DNA of 60,936 bases, filler included. It is 5 parts of 5 records of this genome, joined end to end, with 100 filler letters (N's around TTAATTAATTAA, not from the genome) between each part and the next. Parts side by side here need not be neighbours in the genome. Positions count along the whole stretch, not along the records: positions 47,019 to 60,936 come from SRR31147125_8072; 4 more parts are not named here. The stretch is one strand, 5' to 3'. Shown one piece after another: positions 60,617-60,936 of this stretch (position 1 is its first letter; each line of letters begins with the position of its first letter). The translations under genes were made by a program, and so were the position numbers. A model generated the notes under the pieces. It had not been told where the DNA came from and did no database searches. It saw nothing but the letters and a program-made list of their open reading frames with translations.

Positions 60617-60936
60617 CTTTTCCTACTTTATTAAAGCCGCATTATCAAGTTAAATGCAACGAGTCTTTTCAAAATACTTCAAATATATGTAGTTGAAAAT
60701 GATACTATTTTTTGCTTTCTAGCCTCATTCTTCTAGGAATAGATTCTGGGGAAGTTTACTTTCTAAATGTTCTTTTATTTCAGCCTGAGTGTATCTTTAA
60801 GCTAAAAAAGATAGTATACTTTCTCTCTCTTCTATATATTCTATAACTAATTCTCCTTTACAATGGTTGGTAGGATTTTCATTGTATCAGAAGATTTTAG
60901 TTATGTTTTTTTTATTTGTTGCACTTAATTATACAA

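Noticed and set aside
1-60936. CRISPR arrays, tRNA/rRNA genes, transposases, phage or defence genes
   Set aside because: None recognised by eye; a dedicated scan was not possible.

Overview
This is not one genomic locus. It is five unrelated bacterial contig fragments joined by 100-nt artificial linkers (N44-TTAATTAATTAA-N44) at 11395-11494, 24208-24307, 37572-37671 and 46919-47018. Taxonomy below is inferred from composition and gene content. (1) 1-11394, GC-rich, Desulfobacterota-like: sigma54 activator, Cys-less TusA-like gene, SpoIIE phosphatase, DUF4405, ZraP-like gene, a sulfatase/HAD deletion scar, MFS, TRAP transporter and the moeA 3' end. (2) 11495-24207, AT-rich, Clostridia-like: aldehyde:ferredoxin oxidoreductase-ferredoxin-MoaD-like genes, then a P3-less Moco/Tuco riboswitch and moeB, plus TetR, NhaD/ArsB, an HPr-like gene lacking His15, MMPL and a diguanylate cyclase. 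(3) 24308-37571, Clostridia-like: a glycosylation cassette with a GT-C/phosphoribulokinase-like fusion, cysK, an ECF sigma factor, a guanidine-IV-like riboswitch upstream of a CASTOR-like ACT protein, a TetR operon, a SleB-like hydrolase, an aldolase and an MFS. (4) 37672-46918, Desulfobacterales-like: CheY-CheC-DGC module, AcuB-like and HDAC genes, a chimeric sigma pseudogene, gpsA, tatD and Hpt. (5) 47019-60936, very AT-rich, possibly Fusobacteriota: a Fur-box operon with an unannotated metallothionein-like microprotein, tandem NikA/CntA-like binding proteins with a cobalamin riboswitch, an ABC transporter, a DcsG-like ATP-grasp enzyme and a chemoreceptor with an 8-Cys insert. No rRNA, tRNA, CRISPR array or transposase was seen. 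Four genes carry single-base homopolymer frameshifts that are probably sequencing errors. The best leads are the guanidine-IV riboswitch/CASTOR-like ACT pair, the GT-C-PRK glycosylation cassette and the B12-regulated transporter with its ATP-grasp enzyme.
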